Assembly (NCBI RefSeq): GCF_963921235.1
Contig: NC_086107.1
Span: 115,198,001-115,262,000 of the forward strand
From: Mobula hypostoma
Taxonomy: Eukaryota
Length of the DNA stretch: 64,000 bases
Reading direction: 5' to 3'
Both the position numbers and the translations under genes were made by a program. Below, piece after piece: positions 12,961 through 26,099 of the stretch. The notes under the pieces were generated by a model that did not search any database, was not told where the DNA came from, and was given only the letters and a program-made list of their open reading frames with translations. The number at the start of each line of letters is the position of its first letter. Within the stretch, counting starts at the first letter, position 1.

Positions 12961-13204
12961 TGTTAGCCCCATCATGTTGATCTGCTCATAATCACCCCCC
13001 GCGGCAACTCTGCCTAATTGCCCCCACCAAGATTAATGAGGCCATTTGCCCCGAGAACACAATTACGTTCCAAGTTAGCCACTGTGCAGCAATTAGCCTC
13101 TGACTGACTGTGGGGGGGAGCATATCAGCGTCCAACAGCCCTCTCTCAGGTCAGAGCCGGGTGGGGAAGAAAAAACAGCAGGTATAGAGGCTCACAGAGA
13201 CAGC

Positions 13205-16200
13205 AAGGGGTGACGGAGAGAGGGGAGGGGGTGACGGAGAGAGGGGAGGGAGGGGTGACAGAGACTGGAAGGGAGGGGGTGACGGAGACGGGGAGGGAGG
13301 GGGAGACGGGGAGGGAGGGGGTGACAGAGATGGGGAGGGAGGGGGTGACGGGGAGAGGGGAGGGGGTGACGGGGAGAGGGGAGGGGGTGACGGGGAGAGG
13401 GGAGGAAGGGGGTGACGGGGAGAGGGGAGGAAGGGGGTGACGGGGAGAGGGGAGGAAGGGGGTGACGGGGAGAGGGGAGGGGAGGGGGTGACGGGGAGAG
13501 GGGAGGGGAGGGGGTGACGGAGAGAGGGGAGGGGTGACGGAGAGAGGGGAAGGGGGGTGACAGAGACGGGGAGGGGGGGTGACGGGGAGGGAGGGAGGGA
13601 CGGGGTGACTGAGGGGGAGGGAGGGGAGGGGTGACTGTGAGAGGGGAGGGAGGGGAGGGGGTGACTGTGAGAGGGGAGGGAGGGGAGGGGGTGACGGGGA
13701 GAGGGGAGGGAGGGGGTGACGGAGAGAGGGGAAGGGGTGACGGAGATGGGGAGGGAAGGGGTGACGGAGGGAGGGGAGGGAGGGGGTGAACGGGGAGGGA
13801 GGGGATGACGGAGATGTGGGGAGAGGTGACGGAGAGGGAGGGGGTGACAGGGGGGGGGACGGAGATGGGGAGGGAGGGGGTGACGGAGACGGGGAGGGAG
13901 GGGGGTGACTGTGAGAGGGGAGGGAGGGGAGGGGGTGACGGGGAAAGGGGATGGAGGGGGTGACGGAGAGAGGGGAGGGAGGGGTGACAGAAAGAGGGAA
14001 GAGGGGAACGGGGGTGACAGAGACGGGGAGGGAGGGGTGACGGGGAGGGAGGGAGGGAGGGGGGTGACTGTGAGAGGAGAGGGAGGGGAGGGGGTGATGG
14101 GGAGAGGGGAGGGAGGGGGTGACAGAGAGGGGGGGTGACGGAGAGAGGGGAAGGGGGTGACGCAGATGGGGAGGGAGGGGGATGGAGAGAGGGGAGGGAG
14201 GGGGTGAACGGGAAGGGAGGGGAGGGAGGGGGTGACGGAGATGTGAGGAGGGGTGACGGAGAGGGAGGGGTGGGACATAGAGGGAGGGGGGACGGAGATG
14301 GGGAGGGAGGGGGTGACAGAAGGAGGTGAGGGAGGGGTGGAGATGAGGAGGGAGGGGGTGACGGAGAGGGAGGGGGGACGGAGATGGGGAGGGAGGGGGT
14401 GACGGAGGGGGAGGGGGGACGGAGACAGGAAGGGAGGGGGTGACGGAGGGGGAGGGGTGACAGAGGGGGAGGGGGACGGAGACGGGGAGGGAGGGGGGAT
14501 GGAGATGGGGAGGGAGGGGGTGACGGAGGGGGAGGGGGATGGAGACGGTGAGGGAGGGGGTGACGGAGGGGGAGGGGGACGGAGACAGGTAGGCAGGGGG
14601 TGACGGAGGGGGAGGGGGGACGGAGATGGGGAGGGAGGGGGTGACGGAGGGGGAGGGGGGACGGAGACAGGTAGGCAGGGGGTGACGGAGGGGGAAGGGG
14701 TGACGGAGACGGGGAGGGAGGGGGTGACGGAGACGGGGAGGGAGGGGGTGATGGTGTCGGAGGGAGGGGGTTGTCGGAGGGAGGGGGTCGGAGCGGGAGG
14801 GGTGACGGAGACGGGGAGGGAGGGGTTGGAGGGGGAGGGGGACGGAGACAGGGAGGGAGGGGGTGATGGAGGGGGAGGGGGGACGGAGACGGGGAGGGAG
14901 GGGGGACGGAGATGGGGAGGGAGGGGGTGATGGAGGGGGAGGGGGGACGGAGACAGGGAGGGAGGGGGTGACGGAGGGGGAGGGGGGACGGAGGGGGAAG
15001 GGGGAACAGATACGGGGAGGGAGGGGGTGACGGAGACGGGGAGGGAGGGGGTGACGGAGACGGGGAGGGAGGGGGTGACGGAGGGGGAGGGGTGACGGAG
15101 ACGGGGAGGGAGGGGGGACAGAGGGGGAGGGGTGACGGAGACAGGGAGGGAGGGGGTGACGGAGGGGGAGGGGGGACGGAGACGGGAAGTGAGGGGGTGA
15201 CGGAGGGGGAGGAGGGCAGAGGGGGAGGGGTGACGGAGACAGGGAGGGAGGGGGTGACAGAGACGGGCAGGGACGGGTGACGGAGGGGGAGGGGGGATGG
15301 AGACGGGGAGGGAGGGGGTGACGGAGACGGGGAGGGAGGGGGTGACGGGGAGGGAGGGGGTGACGGAGACGGGGAGGGAGGGGGTGACGGAGGGGGAGGG
15401 GGACGGAGACAGGGAGGGAGGGGGTGACGGAGTGGGAGGGGGTGGAGGGGGTGACGGAGACGGGGAGGGAGGGGGGACGGAGATGGGGAGGGAGGGGGTG
15501 ATGGAGGGGGAGGGGGGACAGAGGGGGAGGGGGACGGAGACGGGGAGGGAGGGGGGACGGAGGGGGAGGGAAGGGGAGGGAGGGAGGGGTGACGGAGGGG
15601 GAGGGGTGACAGAGGGGGAGGGTGACGGAGACGGGGAGGGAGGGGGGACGGAGACGGGGAGGGAGGGGGTGATGGAGGGGGAGGGGGACGGAGACGGGGA
15701 GGGAGGGGGGACGGAGATGGGGAGGGAGGGGGTGACGGAGGGGGAGGGGGGACGGAGACAGGGAGGGAGGGGGTGACGGAGGGGGAGGGGGGACGGAGGG
15801 GGAGGGGGGAACAGAGACGGGGAGGGAGGGGGTGACGGAGACGGGGAGGGAGGGGGTGTCGGAGGGGGAGGGGTGACGGAGACGGGGAGGGAGGGGGTAA
15901 CGGGGAGGGAGGGGGTGACGTAGACAGGGAGGGAGGGGTGACGGGGAGGGAGGGGGACGGAGGGGGAGGGAGGGGAGAGGGAGGGGGGACGGAGGGGGGA
16001 CGGAGGGGGAGGGGTGACGGAGGGGGAGGGAGGGGGGACGGCGGGGGAGGGGGACGGAGACGGGGAGGGAGGGGTGACGGAGGGGGAGGGAAGGGGAGGG
16101 AGGGAGGGGTGACGGAGGGGGAGGGGTGACAGAGGGGGAGGGGGACGGAGACGGGGGGGAGGGGGACGGAGACGGGGAGGGAGGGGGGACGGAGACGGGG

Positions 16201-19200
16201 AGGGAGGGGGTGATGGAGGGGGAGGGGGACGGAGACAGGGAGGGAGGGGGTGATGGAGGGGGAGGGGGGACGGAGACGGGGAGGGAGGAGGGACGGAGAT
16301 GGGGAGGGAGGGGGTGACGGAGGGGGAGGGGTGACGGAGACAGGGAGGGAGGGGGTGACGGAGGGGGAGGGGGGACGGAGACGGGAAGTGAGGGGGTGAC
16401 GGAGGGGGAGGGGGGCGGAGGGGGAGGGGTGACGGAGACGGGGAGGGAGGGGGTGACAGAGACGGGGAGGGAGGAGGTGACGGGGAGGGAGGGGGTGACG
16501 GAGGGGGAGAGGTGACGGAGGGGGAGAGGTGACGGAGGGGGAGAGGTGACGGAGGGGGAAGGGGGACGGAGACGGGGAGGGAGGGGGTGACAGAGACAGG
16601 GAGGGAGGGGGTGACGGAGGGGGAGGGGTGACGGAGACGGGGAGGGAGGGGGTGACGGAGGGGGAGGGGTGATGGAGGGGGAGGGGGGACGGAGACGTGG
16701 AGGGAGGGGGTGACGGAGGGGGAGGGGTGATGGAGACGGGGAGGGACGGGTGACGGAGGGGGAGGGGGATGGAGACGGGGAGGGAGGGGGTGACGGACAC
16801 GGGGAGGGAGGGGGTGACGGAGTGGGAGGGGGTGACGGAGGGGGAGGGGGGACGGAGACGGGGAGGGAGGGGGGACGGAGATGGGGAGGGAGGGGTGATG
16901 GAGGGGGAGGGGGGACAGAGGGGGAGGGAAGGGGAGGGAGGGAGGGGTGACGGAGGGGGAGGGGTGACAGAGTGGGAGGGTGACGGAGACGGGGAGGGAG
17001 GGGGGACGGAGACGGGGAGGGAGGGGGGACGGAGACGGGGAGGGAGGGGGTGATAGAGATGGGGAGGGAGGGGGTGACTGTGAGAGGGGAGGGGGAGACG
17101 GGGAGAGGGGAGGGGGTGACGGGGAGAGGGGAGGAAGGGGGTGACGGGGAGGGGGGTGACGGAGGGGGAGGGGTGATGGAGACGGGGAGGGACGGGTGAC
17201 GGAGGGGGAGGGGGATGGAGACGGGGAGGGAGGGGGTGACGGACACGGGGAGGGAGGGGGTGACGGAGTGGGAGGGGGTGACGGAGGGGGAGGGGGGACG
17301 GAGACGGGGAGGGAGGGGGGACGGAGATGGGGAGGGAGGGGTGATGGAGGGGGAGGGGGGACAGAGGGGGAGGGAAGGGGAGGGAGGGAGGGGTGACGGA
17401 GGGGGAGGGGTGACAGAGTGGGAGGGTGACGGAGACGGGGAGGGAGGGGGGACGGAGACGGGGAGGGAGGGGGGACGGAGACGGGGAGGGAGGGGGTGAT
17501 GGAGGGGGAGGGGGACGGAGACAGGGAGGGAGGGGGTGACGGAGTGGGAGGGGGTGACGGAGGGGGAGGGGGGACGGAGACAGGGAGGGAGGGGGTGACG
17601 GAGGGGGAGGGGGGAACAGAGACGAGGGTGTCGGAGGGGGAGGGGTGACGGAGACGGGGAGGGAGGGGGACAGAGGGGGAGGGGTGACGGAGACAGGGAT
17701 GGAGGGGGTGACGGAGGGGGAGGGGGGACGGAGACGGGAAGTGAGGGGGTGACGGAGGGGAGGGGGGGCGGAGGGGGAGGGGTGACGGAGACGGGGAGGG
17801 AGGAGGTGAAGGGGAGGGAGGGGGTGACGGAGGGGGAGAGGTGACGGAGAGGGAAGGGGGACGGAGACGGGGAGGGAGGGGGGACGGAGATAGGGAGGGA
17901 GGGGGTGACAGAAGGAGGTGAGGGAGGGGTGGAGATGAGGAGGGAGGGGTGACGGAGAGGGAGGGGGGACGGAGATGGGGAGGGAGGGGGTGACGGAGGG
18001 GGAGGGGGACGGAGACAGGAAGGGAGGGGGTGACGGAGGGGGAGGGGTGACAGAGGGGGAGGGGGACGGAGACGGGGAGGGAGGGGGGATGGAGATGGGG
18101 AGGGAGGGGGTGACGGAGGGGGAGGGGGATGGAGACGGTGAGGGAGGGGGTGACGGAGGGGGAGGGGGACGGAGACAGGGAGGGAGGGGGTGACGGAGGG
18201 GGAGGGGGGACGGAGACGGGGAGGGAGGGGAGACGGAGATGGGGAGGGAGGGGGGTGACGGAGGGGGAGGGGGGACGGAGACAGGTAGGCAGGGGGTGAC
18301 GGAGGGGGAAGGGGTGACGGAGACGGGGAGGGAGGGGGTGACGGAGACGGGAGGGAGGGGGTGACGGAGGGGGAGGGGTGACGGAGACGGGGAGGGAGGG
18401 GGGACAGAGGGGGAGGGGTGACGGAGACAGGGAGGGAGGGGGTGACGGAGGGGGAGGGGGGGTGGAGACGGGAAGTGAGGGGGTGACGGAGGGGGAGGGG
18501 GGGTAGAGGGGGAGGGGTGACGGAGACGGGGAGGGAGGGGGTGACAGAGACGGGGAGGGAGGAGGTGACGGGGAGGGAGGGGGTGACGGAGGGGGAGAGG
18601 TGACGGAGGGGGAGAGGTGACAGAGGGGGAAGGGGGACGGAGACGGGGAGGGAGGGGGTGACAGAGACAGGGAGGGAGGGGGTGACAGAGACAGGGAGGG
18701 AGGGGGTGACGGAGCGGGAGGGGTGACGGAGACGGGGAGGGAGGGGGTGACGGAGGGGGAGGGGTGATGGAGGGGGAGGGGGGACGGAGACGGGGAGGGA
18801 GGGGGTGACGGAGGGGGTGGAGGTGACGGAGGGGGAGGGGTGATGGAGACGGGGAGGGAGGGGTGATGGAGGGGGAGAGGGGGGATGGAGACGGGAGGGA
18901 GGGGGTGACGGAGACGGGGAGGGAGGGGGTGACGGGGAGGGAGGGGGTGACGGAGACGGGGAGGGAGGGGGTGACGGAGGGGGAGGGGTGACGGAGACGG
19001 GGAGGGAGGGGGTAACGGGGAGGGAGGGGGTGACGGAGACAGGGAGGGAGGGGTGACGGGGAGGGAGGGGGACGGAGGGGGAGGGAGGGGAGAGGGAGGG
19101 GGACGGAGGGGGAGGGGTGACGGAGGGGGAGGGAGGGGGGACGGCGGGGGAGGGGGACGGAGGGGGAGGGAGGGGGGACGGAGGGGGAGGGGTGACGGAG

Positions 19201-22200
19201 GGGGAGGGAAGGGGAGGGAGGGAGGGGTAACGGAGGGGGAGGGGTGACAGAGGGGGAGGGGGACGGAGACGGGGAGGGAGGGGGGACGGAGACGGGGAGG
19301 GAGGGGGTGATGGAGGGGGAGGGGGACGGAGACAGGGAGGGAGGGGGTGATGGAGGGGGAGGGGGGACGGAGATGGGGAGGGAGGGGGGACGGAGATGGG
19401 GAGGGAGGGGGTGACGGAGGGGGAGGGGGGACGGAGACAGGGAGGGAGGGGGTGACGGAGGGGAAGGGGGGACGGAGGGGGAGGGGGGAACAGAGACGTG
19501 AGGGAGGGGGTGACGGAGACGGGGAGGGAGGGGGTGACGGAGGGGGAGGGGTGACGGAGATGGGGAGGGAGGGGGGACAGAGGGGGAGGGGTGACGGAGA
19601 CAGGGAGGGAGGGGGTGACGGAGGGGGAGGGGGGACGGAGACGGGAAGTGAGGGGGTGACGGAGGGGGAGGGGGGCGGAGGGGGAGGGGTGACGGAGACG
19701 GGGAGGGAGGGGGTGACAGAGACGGGGAGGGAGGAGGTGAAGGGGAGGGAGGGGGTGACGGAGGGGGAGAGGTGACGGAGGGGGAGAGGTGACGGAGGGG
19801 GAAGGGGGACGGAGACGGGGAGGGAGGGGGTGACAGAGACAGGGAGGGAGGGGGTGACGGAGGGAGGGGGTGACGGAGGGGGAGGGGTGATGGAGGGGGA
19901 GGGGGGACGGAGACGTGGAGGGAGGGGGTGACGGAGGGGGAGGGGTGATGGAGGGGGAGGGGGTGACGGAGACAGGGAGGGAGGGGGTGACGGGGAGGGA
20001 GGGGGTGACGGAGACGGGAAGGGAGGGGGTTACGGAGGGGGAGGGGGACGGAGACAGGGAGGGAGGGGGTGACGGAGTGGGAGGGGGTGACGGAGACGGG
20101 GAGGGAGGGGGGACGGAGATGGGGAGGGAGGGGGTGTTGGAGGGGGAGGGGGGACAGAGGGGGAGGGGGACGGAGACGGGGAGGGAGGGGGGACGGAGGG
20201 GGAGGGAAGGGGGAGGGAGGGAGGGGTGACGGAGGGGGAGGGGTGACAGAGGGGGAGGGTGACGGAGACGGGGAGGGAGGGGTGACGGAGACGGGGAGGG
20301 AGGGGGGACGGAGACGGGGAGGGAGGGGGGACGGAGACGGGGAGGGAGGGGGTGATGGAGGGGGAGGGGGACGGAGACGGGGAGGGAGGGGGGACGGAGA
20401 TGGGGAGGGAGGGGGTGACGGAGGGGGAGGGGGGACGGAGACAGGGAGGGAGGGGGTGACGGAGGGGGAGGGGGGACGGAGGGGGAGGGGGGAACAGAGA
20501 CGGGGAGGGAGGGGGTGACGGAGACGGGGAGGGAGGGGGTGACGGAGTGGGAGGGGGTGACGGAGGGGGAGGGAGGGGGGACGGAGACAGGGAGGGAGGG
20601 GGGACGGAGATGGGGAGGGAGGGGGTGATGGAGGGGGGAGGGGGACAGAGGGGGAGGGGGACGGAGACGGGGAGGGAGGGGGGACGGAGGGGGAGGGAAG
20701 GGGAGGGAGGGAGGGGTGACGGAGGGGGAGGGGTGACAGAGGGGGAGGGTGACGGAGACGGGGAGGGAGGGGTGACGGAGACGGGGAGGGAGGGGGGACG
20801 GAGACGGGGAGGGAGGTGGTGATGGAGGGGGAGGGGGACGGAGACGGGGAGGGAGGGGGGACAGAGATGGGGAGGGAGGGGGTGACGGAGGGGGAGGGGG
20901 AACGGAGACAGGGAGGGAGGGGGTGACGGAGGGGGAGGGGGGACGGAGGGGGAGGGGGGAACAGAGACGGGGAGGGAGGGGGTGACGGAGACGGGGAGGG
21001 AGGGGGTGTCGGAGGGGGAGGGGTGACGGAGACGGGGAGGGAGGGGGGACAGAGGGGGAGGGGTGACGGAGACAGGGAGGGAGGGGGTGACGGAGGGGGA
21101 GGGGGGACGGAGACGGGAAGTGAGGGGGTGACGGAGGGGGAGAGGTGACGGAGGGGGAGAGGTGACGGAGGGGGAGAGGTGACGGAGGGGGAAGGGGGAC
21201 GGAGACGGGGAGGGAGGGGTGACGGAGACGGGGAGGGAGGGGGAGGGAGGGGGTGACGGAGGGGGAGGGGTGACTTGAGGGGGAGGGAGGGAGGGAGGGA
21301 GGGAGGGGTGATGGAGGGGGATGGGTGACAGAGGGGGAGGGGGACGGAGACGGGGAGGGAGGAGGGACGGAGATGGGGAGGGAGGGGTTGACAGAGGGGG
21401 AGGGGGGACGGAGACGGGGAGGGAGGGGGTGATGGAGGGGGAGGGGGACGGAGACAGGGAGGGAGGGGGTGACGGAGTGGGAGGGGGTGACGGAGGGGGA
21501 GGGGGGACGGAGACGGGGAGGGAGGGGGGGCGGAGGGGGAGGGAAGGGGAGGGAGGGAGGGGTGACGGAGGGGGAGGGGTGACAGAGGGGGAGGGTGACG
21601 GAGACGGAGGGGAGGGAGGGGGTGACGGAGGGGGAGGGGGGAACAGAGACGGGGAGGGAGGGGGTGACGGAGACGGGGAGGGAGGGGTGACGGAGACAGG
21701 GAGGGAGGGGGTGACGGAGACAGGGAGGAGGGGGGACGGAGACGGGAAGTGAGGGGGTGACGGAGGGGAGGGGGGGGCGGAGGGGGAGGGGTGACGGAGA
21801 CGGGGAGGGAGGAGGTGACGGGGAGGGAGGGGGTGACGGAGGGGGAGGGGTGACGGAGGGGGAGAGGTGACGGAGGGGGAGAGGTGACGGAGGGGGAAGG
21901 GGGACGGAGACGGGGAGGGAGGGGGTGACAGAGACAGGGAGGGAGGGGGTGACGGAGACGGGGAGGGAGGGGGTGACGGAGGGGGAGGGGTGATGGAGGG
22001 GGAAGGGGGACGGAGACGGGGAGGGAGGGGGTGACGGAGGGGGTGGGGGTGACGGAGGGGGAGGGGTGATGGAGACGGGGAGGGAGGGGTGATGGAGACG
22101 GGGAGGGAGGGGTGACGGAGGGGGAGGGGGGATGGAGACGGGGAGGGAGGGGTGACGGAGACGGGGAGGGAGGGGGTGACGGAGACGGGGAGGGAGGGGG

Positions 22201-23970
22201 ACGGAGGGGGAGGGAGGGGGGACGGAGGGGGAGGGAGGGGGGACGGAGGGGGAGGGGTGACGGATGGGGAGGGAGGGGGGAGGGAGGGGGGACGGAGGGG
22301 GGACGGAGGGGGGACGGAGGGGGAGGGGTGACGGATGGGGAGGGAGGGGGGACGGCGGGGGAGGGGGGACGGAGGGGGAGGGGTGACGGAGGGGGAGGGA
22401 GGGGGAGGGAGGGAGGGGTGACGGAGACGGGGAGGGAGGGGGACGGAGGGGGAGGGAGGGGGGACGGAGGGAGAGGGAGGGAGGGAGGGGGGACGGAGGG
22501 GGAGGGGGGTGGGAGGGGGAGGGGGGGAGGGAGGGGTGACAGAGGGGGAGGGAGGGAGAGGGAGGGAGGGGGAGGGAGGGAGAGGGAGGGAGGGGGAATG
22601 GAGGGGGAGGGAGGGGGAGGGGGGACGGAGGGGGAGGGAGGGGGAGGGGGGGACGGAGGGGGAGAGGTGACGGAGCGGGAGGGAGGGAGGGGTGACGGAG
22701 ACGGGGAGGGAGGGGGAGGGAGGGGGACGGAGGGGGACGGAGGGGGAGGGAGGGGGGACGGAGGGGGAGGGGTGACGGAGGGGGAGGGGTGGGGGAGGGA
22801 GGGAGGGGGGACGGAGGGGGAGGAGGGAGGGGGGGGGAGGGAGGGGGGGCGGAGGGGGAGGGAGGGGGAACGGAGGGGGAGGGAGGGAGGGGGGACGGAG
22901 GGGGAGGGAGGGGGGAGGGGGAGGGAGTGGGGACGGAGGGGGAGGGGGGGGGACGGAGGGGGAGGGAGGGAGGGGGGACGGAGGGGGAGGGAGGGGGAGG
23001 GAGGGGGGACGGAGAGGAAGGGAGGGGGAATGGAGGGGGAGGGAGTGGGGACGGAGGGGGAGGGGGGACGGAGGGGGAGGGAGGGGGGAGGGAGGGGGGA
23101 CGGCGGGGGATGGCGGACGGAGGGGGAGGGAGGGGGACGGAGGGGGAGGGGGAGGGAGGGGGAGGGGGAGGGGTGACGGAGGGGGAGGGAGGGGGAGGGA
23201 GGGAGGGGGGACGGAGGGGGAGGGGTGACTGAGGGGGAGGGAGGGGGGGAATGGAGGGGGAGGGAGGGAGGGGGACGGAGGGGGAGGGGGGGAGGGGGGG
23301 AGGGAGGGGGAGGGGGGACGGAGGGGGAGGGAGGGGGAGGGAGGGTGGGGGAGGGGGGACGGAGGGGGAGGGAGGGAGGGGGGACGGAGGGGGAGGGGTG
23401 ACGGAGGGGGAGGGAGGGGGAGGGAGGGAGGGGTGACGGAGACGGGGAGGGAGGGGGACGGAGGGGGAGGGAGGGGGGACGGAGGGGGAGGGGTGACGGA
23501 GGGGGTTGGAGTGGGGACGGCGGGGGAGGGGGGACGGAGGGGGAGGGGTGACGGAGGGGGAGGGGTGACGGAGGGGGAGGGAGGGGTGACGGAGGGGGAG
23601 GGAGGGGGGGGGAGGGAGGGGGGACGGAGGGGGAGGGGTGACGGAGGGGGAGGGAGGGAGGGGGGACGGAGGGGGACGGAGGGGGAGGGGGGCGGAGGGG
23701 GAGGGAGGGGGAGGGAGCGTGGGAGGGGGGACGGAGGGGGAGGGGGGCGGAGGGGGAGGGAGGGAGGGGGGACAGAGGGGGAGGGAGGGGGAGGGAGGGT
23801 GGGAGGGGGGACGGAGGGGGAGGGGGGCGGAGGGGGAGGGAGGGAGGGGGGACGGAGGGGGAGGGAGTGGGGACGGAGGGGGCTGGAGGGAGGGGGGACG
23901 GAGGGGGAGGGGGGGAGGGAGGGAGGGGGGACGGCGGGGGAGGGGTGACGGAGGGGGAGGGGGGGAGAGG
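13205..23970. repeat. 10.8-kb G/purine-rich low-complexity satellite
   Basis: Mosaic of GGGGTGACGGAG, ACGGGGAGGGAG and GGAGGGGGA modules with extreme strand asymmetry; internal duplication at offset 446 (16750 vs 17196). Confidence 0.97.
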
Positions 23971-24059
23971 TTGACAGAGCCGGAGTAAGTTGTAGGGGAG
24001 TTTGTCTTAGGGGGCAAGGGTCAAATGGGGAGAGATGGGTGAAAGAGGGAGCTGACAGG

Positions 24060-24345
24060 GAGGATGTACGAAAGTTTAAAAACCAATTTCTCCTCCGAAC
24101 GCGTCTTTGCAAAATCCACCCCGCAAATATCAAAACCAACCTCGGGTGCGCCTGCTGCGGCCTCAGCAGACCCGGTCCTCGGTCCCCGGTCCCCGCACTC
24201 CCGGCGCCGGGTCAAGCGCACAGAGCGATGGCTGTGGACGGGATGGCCTCGCCAGCAGGGGCACTGAGCGGACGGCCTCCCCCGGCTCCGCCGCCTGCAG
24301 CCCGACAGCAGCACAGCAGCCGATCTCACCCGCTGTACATGGGAC
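24060..24345 (-). promoter_or_regulatory. Small CpG island; candidate non-coding first exon/promoter, possibly of MTO1
   Basis: Unique CpG-rich segment between two satellites; minus-strand donor-like CCGAG|gttggt at 24141/24140. Confidence 0.4.
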
Positions 24346-24349
24346 AAAA

Positions 24350-25012
24350 TGCACTCGGTTACAGTTTGGGATCTAATCCTGGATCCAGGGGGATGAGGTT
24401 GGGGGTGTTACACGTAGAGGAAAAGATCTCCGGGAGTAGATCACATACCGGGATCTAATATAGAGGTCACTGGGTTTATATCTGCAATAACAGATCGCCA
24501 GGTGTAAATTACAAACTGGGATCTAATCCAGGGATTCAGGGTTTATATACAGAATAACAGATCCCTGGGAGTGGGTTACAGGCTGGGATCTAATCCAGGG
24601 GTTCAGTGGGGTTTATATACAGAATAACAGATCCCTGGAAGTGGGTTACAGGCTGGGATCTAATCCAGGGGTTCAGTGGGGTTTATACAGAATAACAGAT
24701 CCCTGGGAGTGGGTTACAGGCTGGGATCTAATCCAGGGGTTCAGTGGGGTTTATACAGAATAACAGATCCCTGGGAGTGGGTTACAGGCTGGGATCTAAT
24801 CCAGGGGTTCAGTGGGGTTTATACAGAATAACAGATCCCTGGGAGTGGGTTACAGGCTGGGATCTAATCCAGGGGTTCAGTGGGGTTTATATACAGAATA
24901 ACAGATCCCTGGGAGTGGGTTACAGGCTGGGATCTAATCCAGGGGTTCAGTGGGGTTTATACAGAATAACAGATCCCTGGGAGTGGGTTACAGGCTGGGA
25001 TCTAATCCAGGT
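24350..25012. repeat. 68/70-bp minisatellite
   Basis: Unit GGGATCTAATCCAGGGGTTCAGTGGGGTTTAT(AT)ACAGAATAACAGATCCCTGGGAGTGGGTTACAGGCT; ~7 good copies plus a degenerate left flank. Confidence 0.95.
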
Positions 25013-25029
25013 GTTTGAGAGAGTTTGTT

Positions 25030-25255
25030 TGTTTGTTCAGAGATGCAGCAGGGAATGGGCCTAATCACAGAGCAATTAACCTACTAACCAACACGTCTTT
25101 GGAATATGAGAGGAAACCGGAGCATCCGGAAGAAGCCCAAACGGTCATGGAGAGACCGTCCAAACTCCTGACAGACGTTTCCAAAACTGAACTCTGAACC
25201 CCAACATCCCAAGCTGAGTGTTACCATGGTACCCAATGCTACCGTGGCACCGTGA
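25030..25255 (-). mobile_element. HE1/V-SINE-like element
   Basis: GTCTTTGGA...GAGGAAACCGGAGCA.CCGGA.GAA.CCCA...CAAACTCC, the reverse of the V-domain seen at 43150-43220. Confidence 0.7.
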
Positions 25256-25574
25256 CACAGAGAGTAACAGATCCCGGGAATGTGCCACCGGCTGGAATCA
25301 AGTGGCTACTGTGTCCTGGATATTTGTAGAGTCCTGAGGGTGGAAATAGGCCATTCAGCCCAGCTGGTCCATGCTGGCCATAAGCCAGGGATACATGCCT
25401 ATGTTTGGCCCGGATCTCTCTAAACCTTTCTTATGCACCGACCTGTCTGTGTTAATGTACCCGCATCAACATCTGGCAGCTCATACCATATACAGACCAC
25501 CTTCTGGGTGAAAACAAAAGTTGCCCCTCAGGTCCCAGTGGGATCTCTCCACTCTCACCTTCAATCTGTGCCAG

Positions 25575-25875
25575 GATATGTCTTGTTCTCATTGTTACCA
25601 TCAGGAAGGAGGTACAGAAGCCTGAAGACACACACTCAGTGATTCAGGAACAGCTTCTTCCCCTCTGTCATCCGATTTCTGAATGGACATTGAGCCCCAA
25701 ACTCTACGTCATGACTTATTAAATTTCTATTTTGCACTACTTATATAATTTGACTATTCAATATGTATACTTACTGTAATTTAAAGTTTTTTCTCTGTTT
25801 TTATGTATTGCATTGTACTGTTGCTGCAAAGACAGCAAATTTCATGATGTATGTTGGCGACATTGATCCTGATTC
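25575..25875 (+). mobile_element. Rex/Babar LINE 3' end
   Basis: LFSLLPSGRRYRSLKTHT...FFP followed by the typical AT-rich 3' UTR. Confidence 0.75.
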
Positions 25876-26099
25876 CTAGGTTGTTAGGGGAGTGGGGGGG
25901 GGTCTTCTGTCACACCCCTGAACTGTAGATGGGGGCGAATGCTGTGTGCATAGACTGACCCCACCCAGGGAAGTACAGACTGTCCCATCACACCCCTGAA
26001 CTGTAGATGTGGAGCAGGTTATGCGGAGTTATTTACCCCGGGATCTGTGGCCCGTCGCCTGTTCCTTGTGGACACTGGAGTTCCGTTTCTGGTTGGTAA

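Noticed and set aside
13146..24139. Giant Pro/Ser-rich ORFs (3623, 1369, 1202 aa) resembling extensin/formin
   Set aside because: The C/T-rich strand of the satellite almost cannot form stop codons; several frames are open at once, with no domain or codon structure
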